A DNA stretch of 43,830 nucleotides, the filler included, from Jimgerdemannia flammicorona (lineage: Eukaryota), in NCBI GenBank assembly GCA_003990765.1. It is 2 parts of 2 records of this genome, joined end to end, with 100 filler letters (N's around TTAATTAATTAA, not from the genome) between each part and the next. Parts side by side here need not be neighbours in the genome. Positions count along the whole stretch, not along the records: positions 1 to 21,871 come from RBNJ01001378.1; positions 21,972 to 43,830 come from RBNJ01001379.1. One strand, 5' to 3'. Every line of letters starts with the position of its first letter. Position 1 is the stretch's first letter. The translations under genes were made by a program, and so were the position numbers. Positions 12,230-24,193 of this stretch are shown piece by piece. The notes beneath the pieces were generated by a model. It was given only the letters and a program-made list of their open reading frames with translations, made no database searches and was not told where the DNA came from.

Positions 12230-13985
12230 AAACTAAGTGACAATAATATCATTTATACTTAAGATAAAGGAAATATTAGTATACATTTATATGGAAAAGT
12301 CAACAAATTCTCAGACACCTTTATAGACATACTATATACTCTAGATATTAGTAAGAACCTCTTCTCAATTAGCTGGATGATAGCTCAAGAAGATAAAGGA
12401 GTAAATATATGACTAAATAATATAATAGTAATCAATTTAAAGAATAATAAAGAGTTAATATATATATTGAAAAAGAGGAACCTATATACAATTGACAGTA
12501 TACTAAGTGGTATATTATCTATATATTTTGCTATAACTAGAGAGAATCTCTGGTATATATAGTATAAATGCTTAGGACACATTAACAAGATGAGCTTAGA
12601 ATAGATAATAAGGAGTAAATCTATATATAGATTACCAAACTATATATCACTAGACTTTAGTTTTTATAATATATATATATCAAATAAGACTTCCTAGCAA
12701 CCTTTTCAAGAATAGATAAAGTAGTCAGCATTCTCAATATAATATATATAGATATTTGTAGCTCTATATAAATGGCAACACACTCTGGAAAGAAGTATTT
12801 TATTACTTTCATTGATAATTATACTTATAAAGTCTATATACTTCTTTATAATAAAGAATGAGATATTTGAAAAATTCTAAGAATTCAAGACAATAATAGA
12901 GAACAAAATAAGACATAAGATACAGACCCTATACTCAGTTAATGGTAAGAAATATATCAACAAAGTCTTTAGATACTTCTTGAAGAAGTATGATATTCAA
13001 TACTCTATAATAGCCCTCTATATATCTGAGCAGAATAATGTAGTAGAGTATTTCAATTGAATGGTAGTAGAGATAGCTTAAATAATGATAAATATAGCCA
13101 GCTTACCACACTCCTTCTAGACCAAAGTAGTGAATACAGTAGTATACATATATCTGAAATCATTATATCTCCTAAGCTCTAAGCAAAGACTTCAGTAGAT
13201 CTAGCAGATCTGATAATAATCAACAATTTAGAGATAATAGTAATCTTACCCCTAAAGAATTATAGAGTAGATCTAAGCTAGATATTTCACACCTATAGAT
13301 ATTTAGAAGTGAGGCTTATATCTTGAATAAGAGTAACAATAGAGGCAAATTTAAGCCTAAAGTAGATAAATATATATTCCTTAGATATGATAGAGTAGTA
13401 TATAGATCGTGGAATCTACAGAAATGTCATATCATTATCTTATATGATATTCAATTCAATTCAAGAAAACTAAGTAGAAAATTTATGTAGAAATTTCTAT
13501 CCTGATCAACTTGATGGTACAATTAGTAATAATTATATCAGTACTAGTATAACTTATACCTATACTAACAAGACTATCAGAGCCAAGAATTATGAAAATT
13601 ACAGATAAGAATAATGATGAGGATACCTCTCTAAAAAGCAAGAAAAAACACAAATCTAGATTATATAATAATATAAAAGTAGATTTAGGAGATTATTGAA
13701 ATAAGCTTAAGAAATCTCATTATATGTAATATACATTATATAAACTATACTTATGAATGTACTTATATTGTAATGACTAATAAACTAGTAAACTATGATG
13801 AAGTCATACATTTGGATGATACATATATAAGAAAGAATGAAAAAAGACTATAGATGAGAATTATATTTACTCATTAAAAATAACATCTGAGATCTAGTCT
13901 CTCTTCTAGTAAATTGATAAATAATAGGATTCCAATGAGTATATAAGATTAAGTATAATAGTAATAGTAATATAAAATAGTACTA
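12230..13985 (+). pseudogene. Ty1/Copia pol remnant (protease end, GAG-pre-integrase, integrase, SH3, RT start)
   Basis: Decayed motifs in Copia order: DILYTLDISKNLFSI, LGHIN, FIDNYTYK, IQTLYSVNGKKY (=LRSDNGGEY), EQNNVVEYFN (=EQNGVAERFN), LPHSF*TKVVNT, KFKPKVDKYIFLRY, KNNI*DLV, *VYKIKY. Ends are approximate. Confidence 0.88.
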
Positions 13986-14445
13986 TATGGGACTTTTCAG
14001 GCTTCTAAAAGCCTTTCACCATATCTTATATATCTTACATATATTTCTCTCAGCATTACTTATATCTCTTCATTCTGAATCTATATTACTGATCTTTCAC
14101 TATATTTCTGACCTATTTTCATACTTATAAGCAGAGAATTTTGATCTTTTCTGATCATCTAGATAGTATTCAGTTGGTTATATTTAGTTAGTCTTTTATC
14201 TACATTTCTAGAATATATCTTATTGAGTGAGAGTGTTGAAATATCTTAGTTATAATAACTTAATATATAGTTGCACAGCCTGATCCTAACTACATTATCA
14301 TATAAATATTAGTAATATATATAAAAATATATAAGTTAGTATTAATAAACAATATTCCTCCTTTCACTCTTCTAAGTATTCTACAATATATATATATATA
14401 TATATAGATAAAATCTTATAAGATGACTTTAACTTCTTTGGTATT

Positions 14446-14560
14446 AGCTTTAGCTCTAGCTTTAGTTCTATCTCCACTACTTCTATCTCTATCTCTATCT
14501 CTATCTCTATCTCTATCTGTATATTTACATCATCTATCTCTACATCCACCTTCAACTATA
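14446..14560. repeat. Degenerate hexamer microsatellite, core (TCTCTA)n at 14481-14518
   Basis: Direct reading: ttctatctctatctctatctctatctctatctctatct, flanked by agcttt/agctct hexamers. Confidence 0.85.
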
Positions 14561-16159
14561 GTCTATAAAATATGTCTATCTCTAACTATAATCTATAAAA
14601 TAATCAATTATACAAAACTCAAGATTTCTAAACTTAAAGTAAAATACAGAGAGTTTGGTCTACTGGTTGGTAGTATAAAGAAAGTGCTGATTGCAAGGTT
14701 GTAAGAATTCCAGAATTCTTACTAAGCTTTATCATTATTTACATTATTTACTAGATAAGCACTATTATCTATATCATCTACTAGAAGAGATCCAAATCTA
14801 TCTCATCTCTATTAGAATGCCCATGCTGCAGACTGGTCAGAGAGACTGTATTTGTTCAAAGAGATTATCAGTATCTCAACTACTTCTATCTCAGTTAAAA
14901 ACAAAACTTAGTTCACTCAATTAATAATATCTCTTCTAATAGCTTAAAGAATATCTTTACTATCAATATCAATATTATTTATATTTAATAGTTCTAAAGT
15001 AGATAACTAAAACAGTATCAGTAATAATAGTAAAAGATCTAAATATAAAAAATCACATTACTGTAAGAAGTAATAAGTAATTAAGATAGTGATATAGTTA
15101 ATAAAGATTAGAGTATATTTGAACATATATCACGGTCAATAGATAAAGTAGTAAATGGGTTGTACTTGATTAGTATATAATATAGTAGTTACAAACTATT
15201 AGTATATATAATATTACAACTATTAGTTCTTTTTCTGCCTCTTTCTCAAGTATGAGATCAGGAGTATATTACTAGTATTTTATAAAAATAGTATTATATA
15301 AGATCCTGAACTATGTAATTATATCAGCAATCTGAATACAGAATGAGATTGATCAATCGAATAAAGAGCTCATAAAGATATAATAGATACTATGACATTA
15401 GCTTCATTTTGTAATAAAAAAAAATCCAATTCAAATTATTACAATCTATACCCAATACTATCAGATATCTCTCTAATTTTATCTTTGACTTCTATATAAT
15501 GATGAGTTGGTTTTTACTAACTCTACCATAAGACAAAACTACTACTCTATTATAAATATTAACAAAAGAGCCATTACTGGCCAAATGATAAAGAACTTAT
15601 CAAAACTCTCATATAATAAATATTTTAAACAATAGTTATTTATCTAGATATATAGTAAAGAAGTCTATAAAAATCAAATAGAAATATATGGCTATACTAT
15701 TAATCTCAGTGTTTGGACCTTTTTAACTTAGTAAATTATTTATTTAATTTTCATTTATTTAATTTAATTTAAAAAAAAAAAATTATTTTTTTAGATATTC
15801 TCTCATATAAGAGTATGATTGTTTAGATGAAAATAATATTCAATATATTGTCTAGCTACTTCTTTCTCTTAATGATCTTATTTCACATACTAGCCAGATA
15901 TCAGCTTAATAATGAGGTAAGTTTTATCACATATAAGCATATATATATTAGAGAATAAAGAACCTGATTAACAAATATCACAAAAAAGCAGTACTGTGGG
16001 AACACATCACCCTTTCGCCAGTAATATTCAGGTTACACAATATTTTGGCAACACTTTTGACACAGTTTCTGGAGACAAGCTACTAGTATCATGGCAACCA
16101 ATGAGCATCCTGGGATGTGTACTGAGCAGGGTGGCCCTAGAGCATTCGAATGGCAGTAA

Positions 16160-18123
16160 GTGGGGAGAGGCCCTGGCTTGGGGGGAAGCATGAGGGGCCT
16201 GCTGGCAGGAGGACGCAGTGGAGGAGAGGGTGGAGCTGGAGGTCAAGAGTCTGGCAGAGTGAGCTTTGCAGAGAAGGTGAAGGGGGGTCAACAGGGAGCT
16301 GGACTGGAGAGTTGGCTGAGGGGGGGGAAGGCACCAGTGAGGGCTACCAGGCAGCAACCTCATGGGGGCACCTCTCTAGAGGGCCATAGGGGTGGAGCTG
16401 GGGGGGTAGTGGCTGAGGCAGGGACTGCTGATAGGAGTGTAATAGGCAATCTGGAAAAAAATCTAGATGGGACTGCTGATGGTGAGCTAAGCTGTGGGAA
16501 GGGCATGAGGCCCAGGGACCTGGCAGATGGTGTAATGGGACTGGCAGTGGCTCCGTTACTCAAGAAGTTGATCTCGGAATTTGCAGTCATGATGTGTTTC
16601 CGGGGCTTGGTGGTGATGGCAAAAATGGTTCTGGGGTTGATTGTGAAGCAGATGAGTGGAGCAGCATCGGTTAAGTTCCTGAAGGGCCTAGAAGGGGTGA
16701 AGGTGGGATTTGAGGAGGCTGGGCCACTGGAGGAGGCTTTGAAGGCTGGGATAAAAGTGGGCGAGATATACATACTGATGGTGAGATGCCTGCAGTGGGA
16801 CCCAAGAGTAGTGCAACTTCTGGTGAAAGGAGTTCCCACTGTTACTGCTGTAGAGATGAGGAAGAGAGTCAAGGAGATTATGGCAGAGTATGGAGAGGTA
16901 GTCGATATTGGGTTCAGAGTATGGGAAGGAACCTCCCTCTGGACAGGGAATATTGACGTCAGGATCAGCTGGCTGGGCGGGAGGCTACTGGGAAGGCTTG
17001 GGACTGGCCCTCAGTGATAGTGTGGGGGGCTATCTTGTGTAAGGTGATGAGAGTAAAGAAGAGTGAGGAGGAGGAGGAGGATTTGCTGGAAGTGCTGGAG
17101 GAGTTGAGTGGAGCAGTTGAGAGGAGGGCAAAAGCATGGAAGGCATTCGAGGTGGTGATGCATCTTGAGGTGGTTGGAGGAAAGCGGGTCCACATCAACA
17201 AGGAGGTGTGGGAGAGGTCCCAAGGGTGCAGAAGGCAGAGGAAATTATTGGTGAAAATGGGGGTAGAGGTGATGAGGAAGGCAAGTAATGGTGCAACCAC
17301 TGGAGGTGCCAAGGTGAGTGTCTGGGCTGCTAGTAGTGGACAGAATGAGGTGGGGGGGTAGGTGGAGGCCATGAAGGTGCTGAGTAAGAATCCTTATGAA
17401 GATGGCACACTGGAGGTTTGGGAGGAAACCTGGGAGAGTTCACCTTCTCCCTCTCCCCTTATCAGAAGAGGTCCAGTGGCAAAAGGTAGAGTGATGGAGG
17501 ATGTGCCGATACATGGTGCTCAGCAGGTGCACTTTGGAGTCCCAAATGTAGAGAAGGGGGGATTGGTAGAGGTGACTGGGGAAGAGGAATTGGTGGATGT
17601 CCCAGAGGAGGGATGAAATGAGTCAGTGAGTATAGGGGCTGATACTACGATGTTGGATGGTGGGAGGCCAGTGACCCCAGGAGGGAAGGAGGTGGGAAAC
17701 TTGCTCTGGGTATATTGAATGATGAACAACTTGGCAGCTGAAGAGCTGGGGGAAGTCGACCTCCGAGTGATGAGTGATGAGCATTGGGCAAGGATCCTGC
17801 AAGGAGATGGAGTGGTGGCAGCATTGAAGGCCGAAATTCTGGCAGTATACTTAGAAGAGAAGGGGTATGAGGTAGATAAGGAGAGGGAAGCTGCTCTGGT
17901 AGTTGTGGTGGGTGAGCAGGCTGCCCACTGTTGGACTAAGAGACATGGACTGCAGCTCTGGCAGGAGGCTTGTTTGGAGTACTGCGAGGAGTTTGAGGAA
18001 AAGGAGGATGGGGAGATAGCAGAAATCCTGGCTGAATTGGAGACTAAGAGGACTGAGGAGGCAGAAGCTATTGCTGAGTGCAACCTGAATAGGGCACAGA
18101 AGGAGGTGGACATAGAGCAGTAG
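16160..18123 (+). pseudogene. LINE ORF1 (Gly-rich N-terminus, putative RRM-like core), fragmented
   Basis: ORF fragments 16160-17017, 17014-17361, 17362-17616 and 17719-18123 are conserved in copies 1, 4 and 5 (SFAEKVKG, QLLVKGVPT, VDIGFRVWEGT). Confidence 0.75.
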
Positions 18124-18154
18124 AGGACACATCTGAAACTATATAATTTCTCTT

Positions 18155-21100
18155 ATGAATAGTACAACCAACATTTTTTCTTTGAATGTGAATGGGTTAT
18201 GGGGTGCTTATTGATGTAAGAACATTTTTACTTGGCTGAAGGGATTGGAGGCTGATCTCTTCCTCTTGCAAGATGTCAGGTGTGAGGATGACTTGGATAG
18301 ACTGGAATGGATGAAGAAGTAGGGAGGTGGGGCAGTTTGGAAGGGCAAGGTTGGAATTCTGGTATGGAAGAGCAGAGGGGAGATACGGGATGTGCAGAGC
18401 TGGGGGGATAGATTGGTCTGGGGAGAGTAGATATGCACAGATTAGGAGCCAGTTATGGTGGGTTCCTGTTACTGTCCTGCAGTATGGGGTGAGTGGGTGA
18501 ATTGGGTGACAGGCCTACAGGAGAGTGGAATTCTTGTGGAGATTGGAGTAGATGTGCTCAGCAGGGACTTCAATATGGTCCATGACATATTGAGGGATAG
18601 AACTGATGGGGGACAAGGTGCTGTGGGACAGAGTGGAGGACTGACAGCGTAGGAGGAAGTGGAAAGACTTAGTGCTCTGGTAGATATGGGCAGAGAATGT
18701 TGGGGGAATAGGAGGGTGTACACATACTGGGCCAGGGGCCTGGGGACAAGGATTGATTGGATTCTGACAGCCAGCTACTGGGGCCTGGATGTTTGGAAGT
18801 CACTGGAGGTGGAATGGTGTCCTTGGTTGGATCATTGGGGGCTTTTGGGGCAGGGACATTTTGGGGGGAGTGGGGATGGGCCTGGACATTGGCATCTCAA
18901 TTCTTCCCTACTAGATGATAAGATTTAGTGGGGTAAATGGGCCGAAGTCATTCAAATGTAGGTGGAGTGTTGGAGGCAGGGAGGTGTTGCAGTTGATATT
19001 CAGTGATGAGGATGAAGGAGATGGCCAGAGCCTTCTGGAGTGAGGCTGGTATGGAGGCAGGGAGACAGAGGAGGAGGTGGGTGTGGTGAGCATTATGTAG
19101 ATTATCTAAACTCTTAGAGGACTGGGCTAGACTGGTGATATTGGAGGGAGAGGAGGACTGGCGATCGATACAGTTACAAATGGAGGTGGCTGAACTACAA
19201 CAGGTGCTGAGAAATGAGGAAGAGGTGAGGGTCCAGGGCCTGGCAGCACAGCTTCATTGGCAGGAGCTGGAGGAAGAAGAGTGGCCCTCGAAGTTTCTTA
19301 CAAGGGCCTTCAGGCAAGAAGGGTGCAGCAAAGGTGAGAGGGAGTGCTTAATGCTGATGGTTCATTGATGTATGGGGTATAAGATATTCTTGGATCATTA
19401 AAGGAGCATTGGAGTGGATTGTGGAGTGAGGAGGAGGGTGGGGCAGATGCTGAGGACATTGATCAAGCTTTGGAGGATTAGTACTCTACCCGAGCGGCTG
19501 GGTTGGATGACTTAGTACTGCCAGTGCTAGAGGAGGAGATCCACCAGGTTCTTGCCATGACAACCTTGAGTATGGCGCCTGGAAAGGATGGTCTGCCCTG
19601 GGACTTTTGGAAAAGGATGGTGGGAGTCCCTGGAATAGTGGGAGAGATGATGGCACTGTGTGATTGGATTCTATAGATGGGGAGATGGGTGGGCAAACAG
19701 GATCTAGGGTTGGTGACATTGCTTTATAAGAACAAAGAAAGCCAAGAGGACTGGAAGAACTGGAGGCCGATTATGCTACTGGATATGGACAGAAAGTTGG
19801 TTACCAAAGTCATGGTTACAAGGTTGCAAAAGGTGGCCCAGCAAGTCTTGGGTGAGGAGCAGTGGGGCTTTGTTGGAGGCTGGCTCATCAGGGACAGTAC
19901 AGCATGAGTACATGGCATTATTGAAGGGGTGCGAACCAGTGGACTGGATGGGCATCTGGTCTTTTTGGACCAGGAGAAGGCCTATGACTGAGTGCGATGG
20001 GTCTGGTTGGCAAAAGTTTTGGACAGGATTGGGGTCTCATGACAGTTCAGGACTGCCATGATCAGCCTACTGGAAGGGAGTAGGGCAGTGCTCATATGTA
20101 ATAGACATCAAGGGGTAGCATTTCCCCTGGATAGGGGGGTGCTCCAGGGGGACCCACTGTCTCCCATTTTGTATGCTTTGTCTCTGGAGCCCTTCATGGA
20201 TAGAATCAGATGAAAGATAGTGGGGCTCTCTATCTTTGGCATTGGGTGGAAAGTAGGGGCATTTGCAGATAACATGGTGGTTAGTTTGGGATCTGTTACA
20301 GATATTGAGGAGCTCAAGAGGACAGTGGAGTGGTATGAGGTGAACTCTGGGGCTAGGCTTAATTAGTATAAGTGCAAAACAATAGTGTTAGGCAATGATC
20401 TAGTGGGTGGGGGGATTATTGGTATGATTGTCCCTACTGGTGAGGTGGTACAGTACTTGGGTATCTATCTGTCAGTATACAGGTCAGTTCTGCCCAGACT
20501 TTGGTGGGAGCAGTAGGTTGGCATTTGGGAGGAGGCCCTGTGGAGCTGGGGGGGCCATCAATTGTCTCTGGTAGGACACATTTCAATTCTGAATGTCTAT
20601 TGGCTGCTGAAGGTATGGTATCTGGCTTACCATCTGGACTTCCCAGCTTGGATGGTGAAGCGATTGATGAAGATGGCCAAGGGGTGGATCTGGGCTGGAA
20701 GGCGGAGTCAGATCAACTGAGAGGTCTTGTCCTTATTAGTGGCAAGTGGGGGACTTGGGCTGGTCGACTTTCCTAGGAGGCTGCACTGCTTGAGAGCTTG
20801 GTGGCTGAAGAGAGTGGTGAAGTTGAGAGGGGGTGGTTGAGTTCCCCTACTGCAGAAAGTCTGGGAGATGACGTCCTCTCCAAGAGGCTTGACAGGTGAT
20901 CTCCTAGCACTTGTGGGCCTTCAGAACTCTGGACAATTACAGTACAAAGGCTTCTGGTGGGGAGTGGCAGAGGGGGCACACTGTATTGAGATTCGGTAGT
21001 TAGGAAATGAAGGGGAGGAGGCTTGGGACCCAGCGATGTGGTAATGAGACCAAGTGTTACTGGGTGGCATTCCTTTACTTGAGTTTGACATTGGTGATGG

Positions 21101-21809
21101 GATCGAGTGCCAATGGGGACCAGGCCAGGATCTGCGGCCTAGCAGTTGGCAGGGTATAGGAATCAGCAAGGAGTGGGACTGGCATGGCATATGGGCTTGG
21201 AGTGCCAAGGTGAGGAGGTGGTTGCTGCCGAAGTACTGGGTGGTCTGGTGGCATGTGCTAAGGCAAAATATCATGCTCAACTTCTGCTCCAGTCACCTTA
21301 TCAAGGGAGGCTGCTTTGACTGTGAAGAGTGTTATAATGTAGGGCAGGAAGGGGGATATATACAGATGCCTGAACATTGGCTAGAAGAGTGTGAGGTGCT
21401 TAGTACCTTTTGGCAGAACATTGGAGATCATTTGGGAGTAGTGTATAGGAGAACTGATGTGTGGGGGCATTGGGAGGATTTAAGAAGTAGACTGGAGGGG
21501 GGGGTGGGAAAGGAATAGCTGACATTAGGGTGGGCTTTGGCCATTTGGGTAGGGCTGGCCAGTCACTGGCTATTTGTTTTTGAAGATGGGAGAAAACTTG
21601 ACTCTGAGGTCAGGCTGATGAGGTGGCGTAGCCTTATGGAAGACACCTTGATGGGCTGGTGGCTGGGTTGGGGGTTGAAGGGGGGTCGAAGGTATCATTT
21701 GATGGAACAAATCTGTAGGCAGAGTGGAGGGAGGGTTGGGGTAGTGGGTGAGAAAGTGGTCTTTATTTATGTAAGTAGGAGGAGTGGTACTCCTATGGGG
21801 ATTGGGTAG
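18155..21809 (+). pseudogene. LINE ORF2: AP endonuclease, reverse transcriptase, C-terminal Cys/His motif
   Basis: MNSTTNIFSLNVNGL, LLQDV, SCYCP, DFN, RIDW, LDH; APGKDGLP, NWRPIMLL, EQWGFVGG, LDQEKAYD, QGDPLSP, FADNM, YLGI; CEEC...EHWLEEC. Confidence 0.92.
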
Positions 21810-21871
21810 TGTAAGGGTAAACTGTAAATTTATTAATAGATGGATATTAAATGGCAGAGTCCAAGTGACTA

Positions 21872-21971
21872 NNNNNNNNNNNNNNNNNNNNNNNNNNNNN
21901 NNNNNNNNNNNNNNNTTAATTAATTAANNNNNNNNNNNNNNNNNNNNNNNNNNNNNNNNNNNNNNNNNNNN
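21872..21971. other. Artificial contig/scaffold linker
   Basis: 44 N + TTAATTAATTAA (stops in all six frames) + 44 N, exactly 100 bp. The two flanks may not be adjacent in the genome. Confidence 0.97.
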
Positions 21972-22856
21972 CAGAGAAATACCTCTCATGACCAGTCTTT
22001 CACATTCTCTAATATCCTTCTATATGCCTCAGCATCCATTATTAGTAGTGTTTTTTTTTTCCATTCTGACAATTCCCCTCTTTGCACCCCCATTGTCAGG
22101 TTCTTCCAGTATATTATTGTGAAATAGAAGCTGATTTTATCTCTGCTAATTTCAATCCAAATGAATTGCTGACTACTCCAAGGTAGGATTTGGAGACCAC
22201 TTTGGCAATTCCCTCAACCCTTCAATCTAGTGAAGTTGGTCCTGTGTTGGATTTTGGAAATGTTTTTGGGCTCACTAGCTTATATAATGGATATGGAGCA
22301 AGAAATTGATATGCTTCAGAAGGCATTTAGAAGCCCATACTGTGAGAGATTGTCTGAGCTATGGCATTTTCATTTTCCTGAGAGCCCTCCTCTGATGGGT
22401 TAGAAAATATATGTATGATCAAATTTTTCAATATCTTCCTACTATTTAAGTAAGTTTCTGGGAATTCTTGGAATTACTGGCATTTTTTTTTTTTTTTTTT
22501 TTTTTTCTTAAGATGAGAGAGTGTGGGGGTGTGCCCATTCAACCTGGATTATTTATAAGATTATGTTGCTTTTTATTTTAATTTTTAGAAAGTGAAGAAA
22601 GATCAATATAAAGTATAGTTAATAGATTTTTTGGAACAACAATAACAATACTGGGTAGATTAGCAAAATCTCAAAGCCAAATTTATCTAGACTCAGTTCT
22701 GTATCCCAAGTCTGCAGGATTTGGAAATACTAAGAATTTCAAGGCTTGATCTTCCAGAAGACCAGACAATAACACTTTATATATAAAATTTAGAAGTAAT
22801 ATTCTGACAAGTCTTCAGAAAAAGGGCATCCAAATTGATTTCAAACTGTAACATTT

Positions 22857-23875
22857 TTGGAGTCCTCCACTTTGATAGCTGGTATTCTAAATTCACACTA
22901 TAATTATATTATCTTAGATGCTGATATAAAGGAAGTTGTTCTTATTGTTTGGAGGGAGATATTGAGAGATCAAGTAAGTCAGGTTTTGACAGATATTTGT
23001 AAGAAGATATTCAAACTTCAGAAAGTTGGATTGCATGACAAAGCTCAAGCTGAAACTGGATCTTATATGTCAGCTGGCTATACTTTGACCTATGCTGGAG
23101 GGATGCATTACTGTATCATATCTTTTAATAATTTTAAACCAAAAATTGAATAAGATAAATGAGAGGAATACAAAATAGCTATTATAGAGATAGCTTCACT
23201 TAACTTCAACACTTCTTACTGGATGTGGTGCCAAATTACCTTACTTTATTTAATTTTTCACCAATTCAATACTCTCTATTATTTATCTTCTGAGAAAATT
23301 TCAGAGGGTTCCCAATATCCTCAGTATTCTTGGCATTCTTGATATCTCCAGCATCCTTGACATTTCTGGTATCTCTGGCATTCCTGGCATCCTCAGCATC
23401 TCCTGCATCCCCAGCAATCCCAACTTTGGCATCCTCAATATCCTTGGCATCCCCGACTTTGGTATCAGAGTTTTCAATTTTGGTACCAGTATCTTTATCA
23501 GCTTTGAAATTATCTGAAATAAATGGAGTTTAGATGAATCTGAGTCATTCTGGGATATATTTTAGACTTGGAGGATTTCAGCTTGAGCAAAATGTAGAGA
23601 AAGTCAGAAATATATTTTTTGACCAATGTGTAAGCTCTTCTACTAACACTGATCAAGATATGACACATGTTTTACTCTGCATCATCAAATGTAAAGAACA
23701 GTATACCTCAAAATCAGAGGGCTTGTTCTATAATTTGGCTTATGGTATTAGAGTTCTGCTAGAGTCTAATAATATGATGATGGTGTTTTACTCAAATTAA
23801 CTATATTGTTTAATAGTTATTAGAGATTGGAAGTTTTGAATAGTTTATCTCTGGGTGTTTGTTTCAGAACTTTAG
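22857..23875 (+). pseudogene. Candidate TET/JBP-like 2OG-Fe(II) dioxygenase remnant
   Basis: ORF 23534-23800 and its read-through give SSTNTDQD...EGLFYNLAYGIRVLLESNNMMMVFYSN*LYC...KF*IV. This resembles HxD...GGxF...YGIxV...F...H...R. ORF 22857-23153 (IILDADIKEVVLIVWR...GSYMSAGY) may be the N-terminal part. Based on motif resemblance only. Confidence 0.4.
23329..23462. repeat. Degenerate 9-bp tandem repeat (ggcatccyy)n
   Basis: ggcattctt gatatctcc agcatcctt gacatttct ggtatctct ggcattcct ggcatcctc agcatctcc tgcatcccc ... Confidence 0.8.
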
Positions 23876-24193
23876 AAGCTATGTGCTACTACAATAAATT
23901 TTTTGAAAACTTAGGAGAGCAAAAAAATCTACATATTTGGTAACTGATTTTCATATTATATCTTAGTTTTTGAATATTTGGTAGAAGTTTGATAGATATA
24001 GAGTACATTTTTTGGGTTTTTTTTCTACCCTTTTTGGTGGACTTATTAATTTTCTCTAGTTGACTCCTAATTCAGTTTGGTTTATTATCTGAAAAATTTA
24101 CTAGGATTTCAGCTCCTAAGGTAAATTTGAACTGATTCAGTTGAGTTCAAATCAATCTGAACTCATTATATACCAAATTTTAATTTAAATTAA

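Larger units (their letters stand above)
16003..21871 (+). mobile_element. LINE copy 3, near full-length (about 5.9 kb), degenerate
   Basis: The 5' end (tcaggttacacaa) matches the 5' end of copy 4, which is defined by its TSD. ORF1 and ORF2 remnants are present. It ends in taaatggcagagtccaagtgacta at the linker, so the poly(A) and TSD are not visible. Confidence 0.93.

Noticed and set aside
14364..14704. ORFs with EIEIEI or LSLSLS runs (membrane or signal-peptide-like)
   Set aside because: They are translations of the (TCTCTA)n microsatellite.
14560..16000. AT-rich stretch as a transposase remnant
   Set aside because: Too degraded; I could not read a diagnostic motif in the frames I tried.
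21872..21971. Palindromic TTAATTAATTAA between N runs as a biological site
   Set aside because: The symmetric 44N/12/44N design with six-frame stops marks it as an artificial linker.
22483..22506. Poly(T) as the tail of another minus-strand LINE
   Set aside because: The adjacent sequence lacks the family's 3' motif and I found no TSD.
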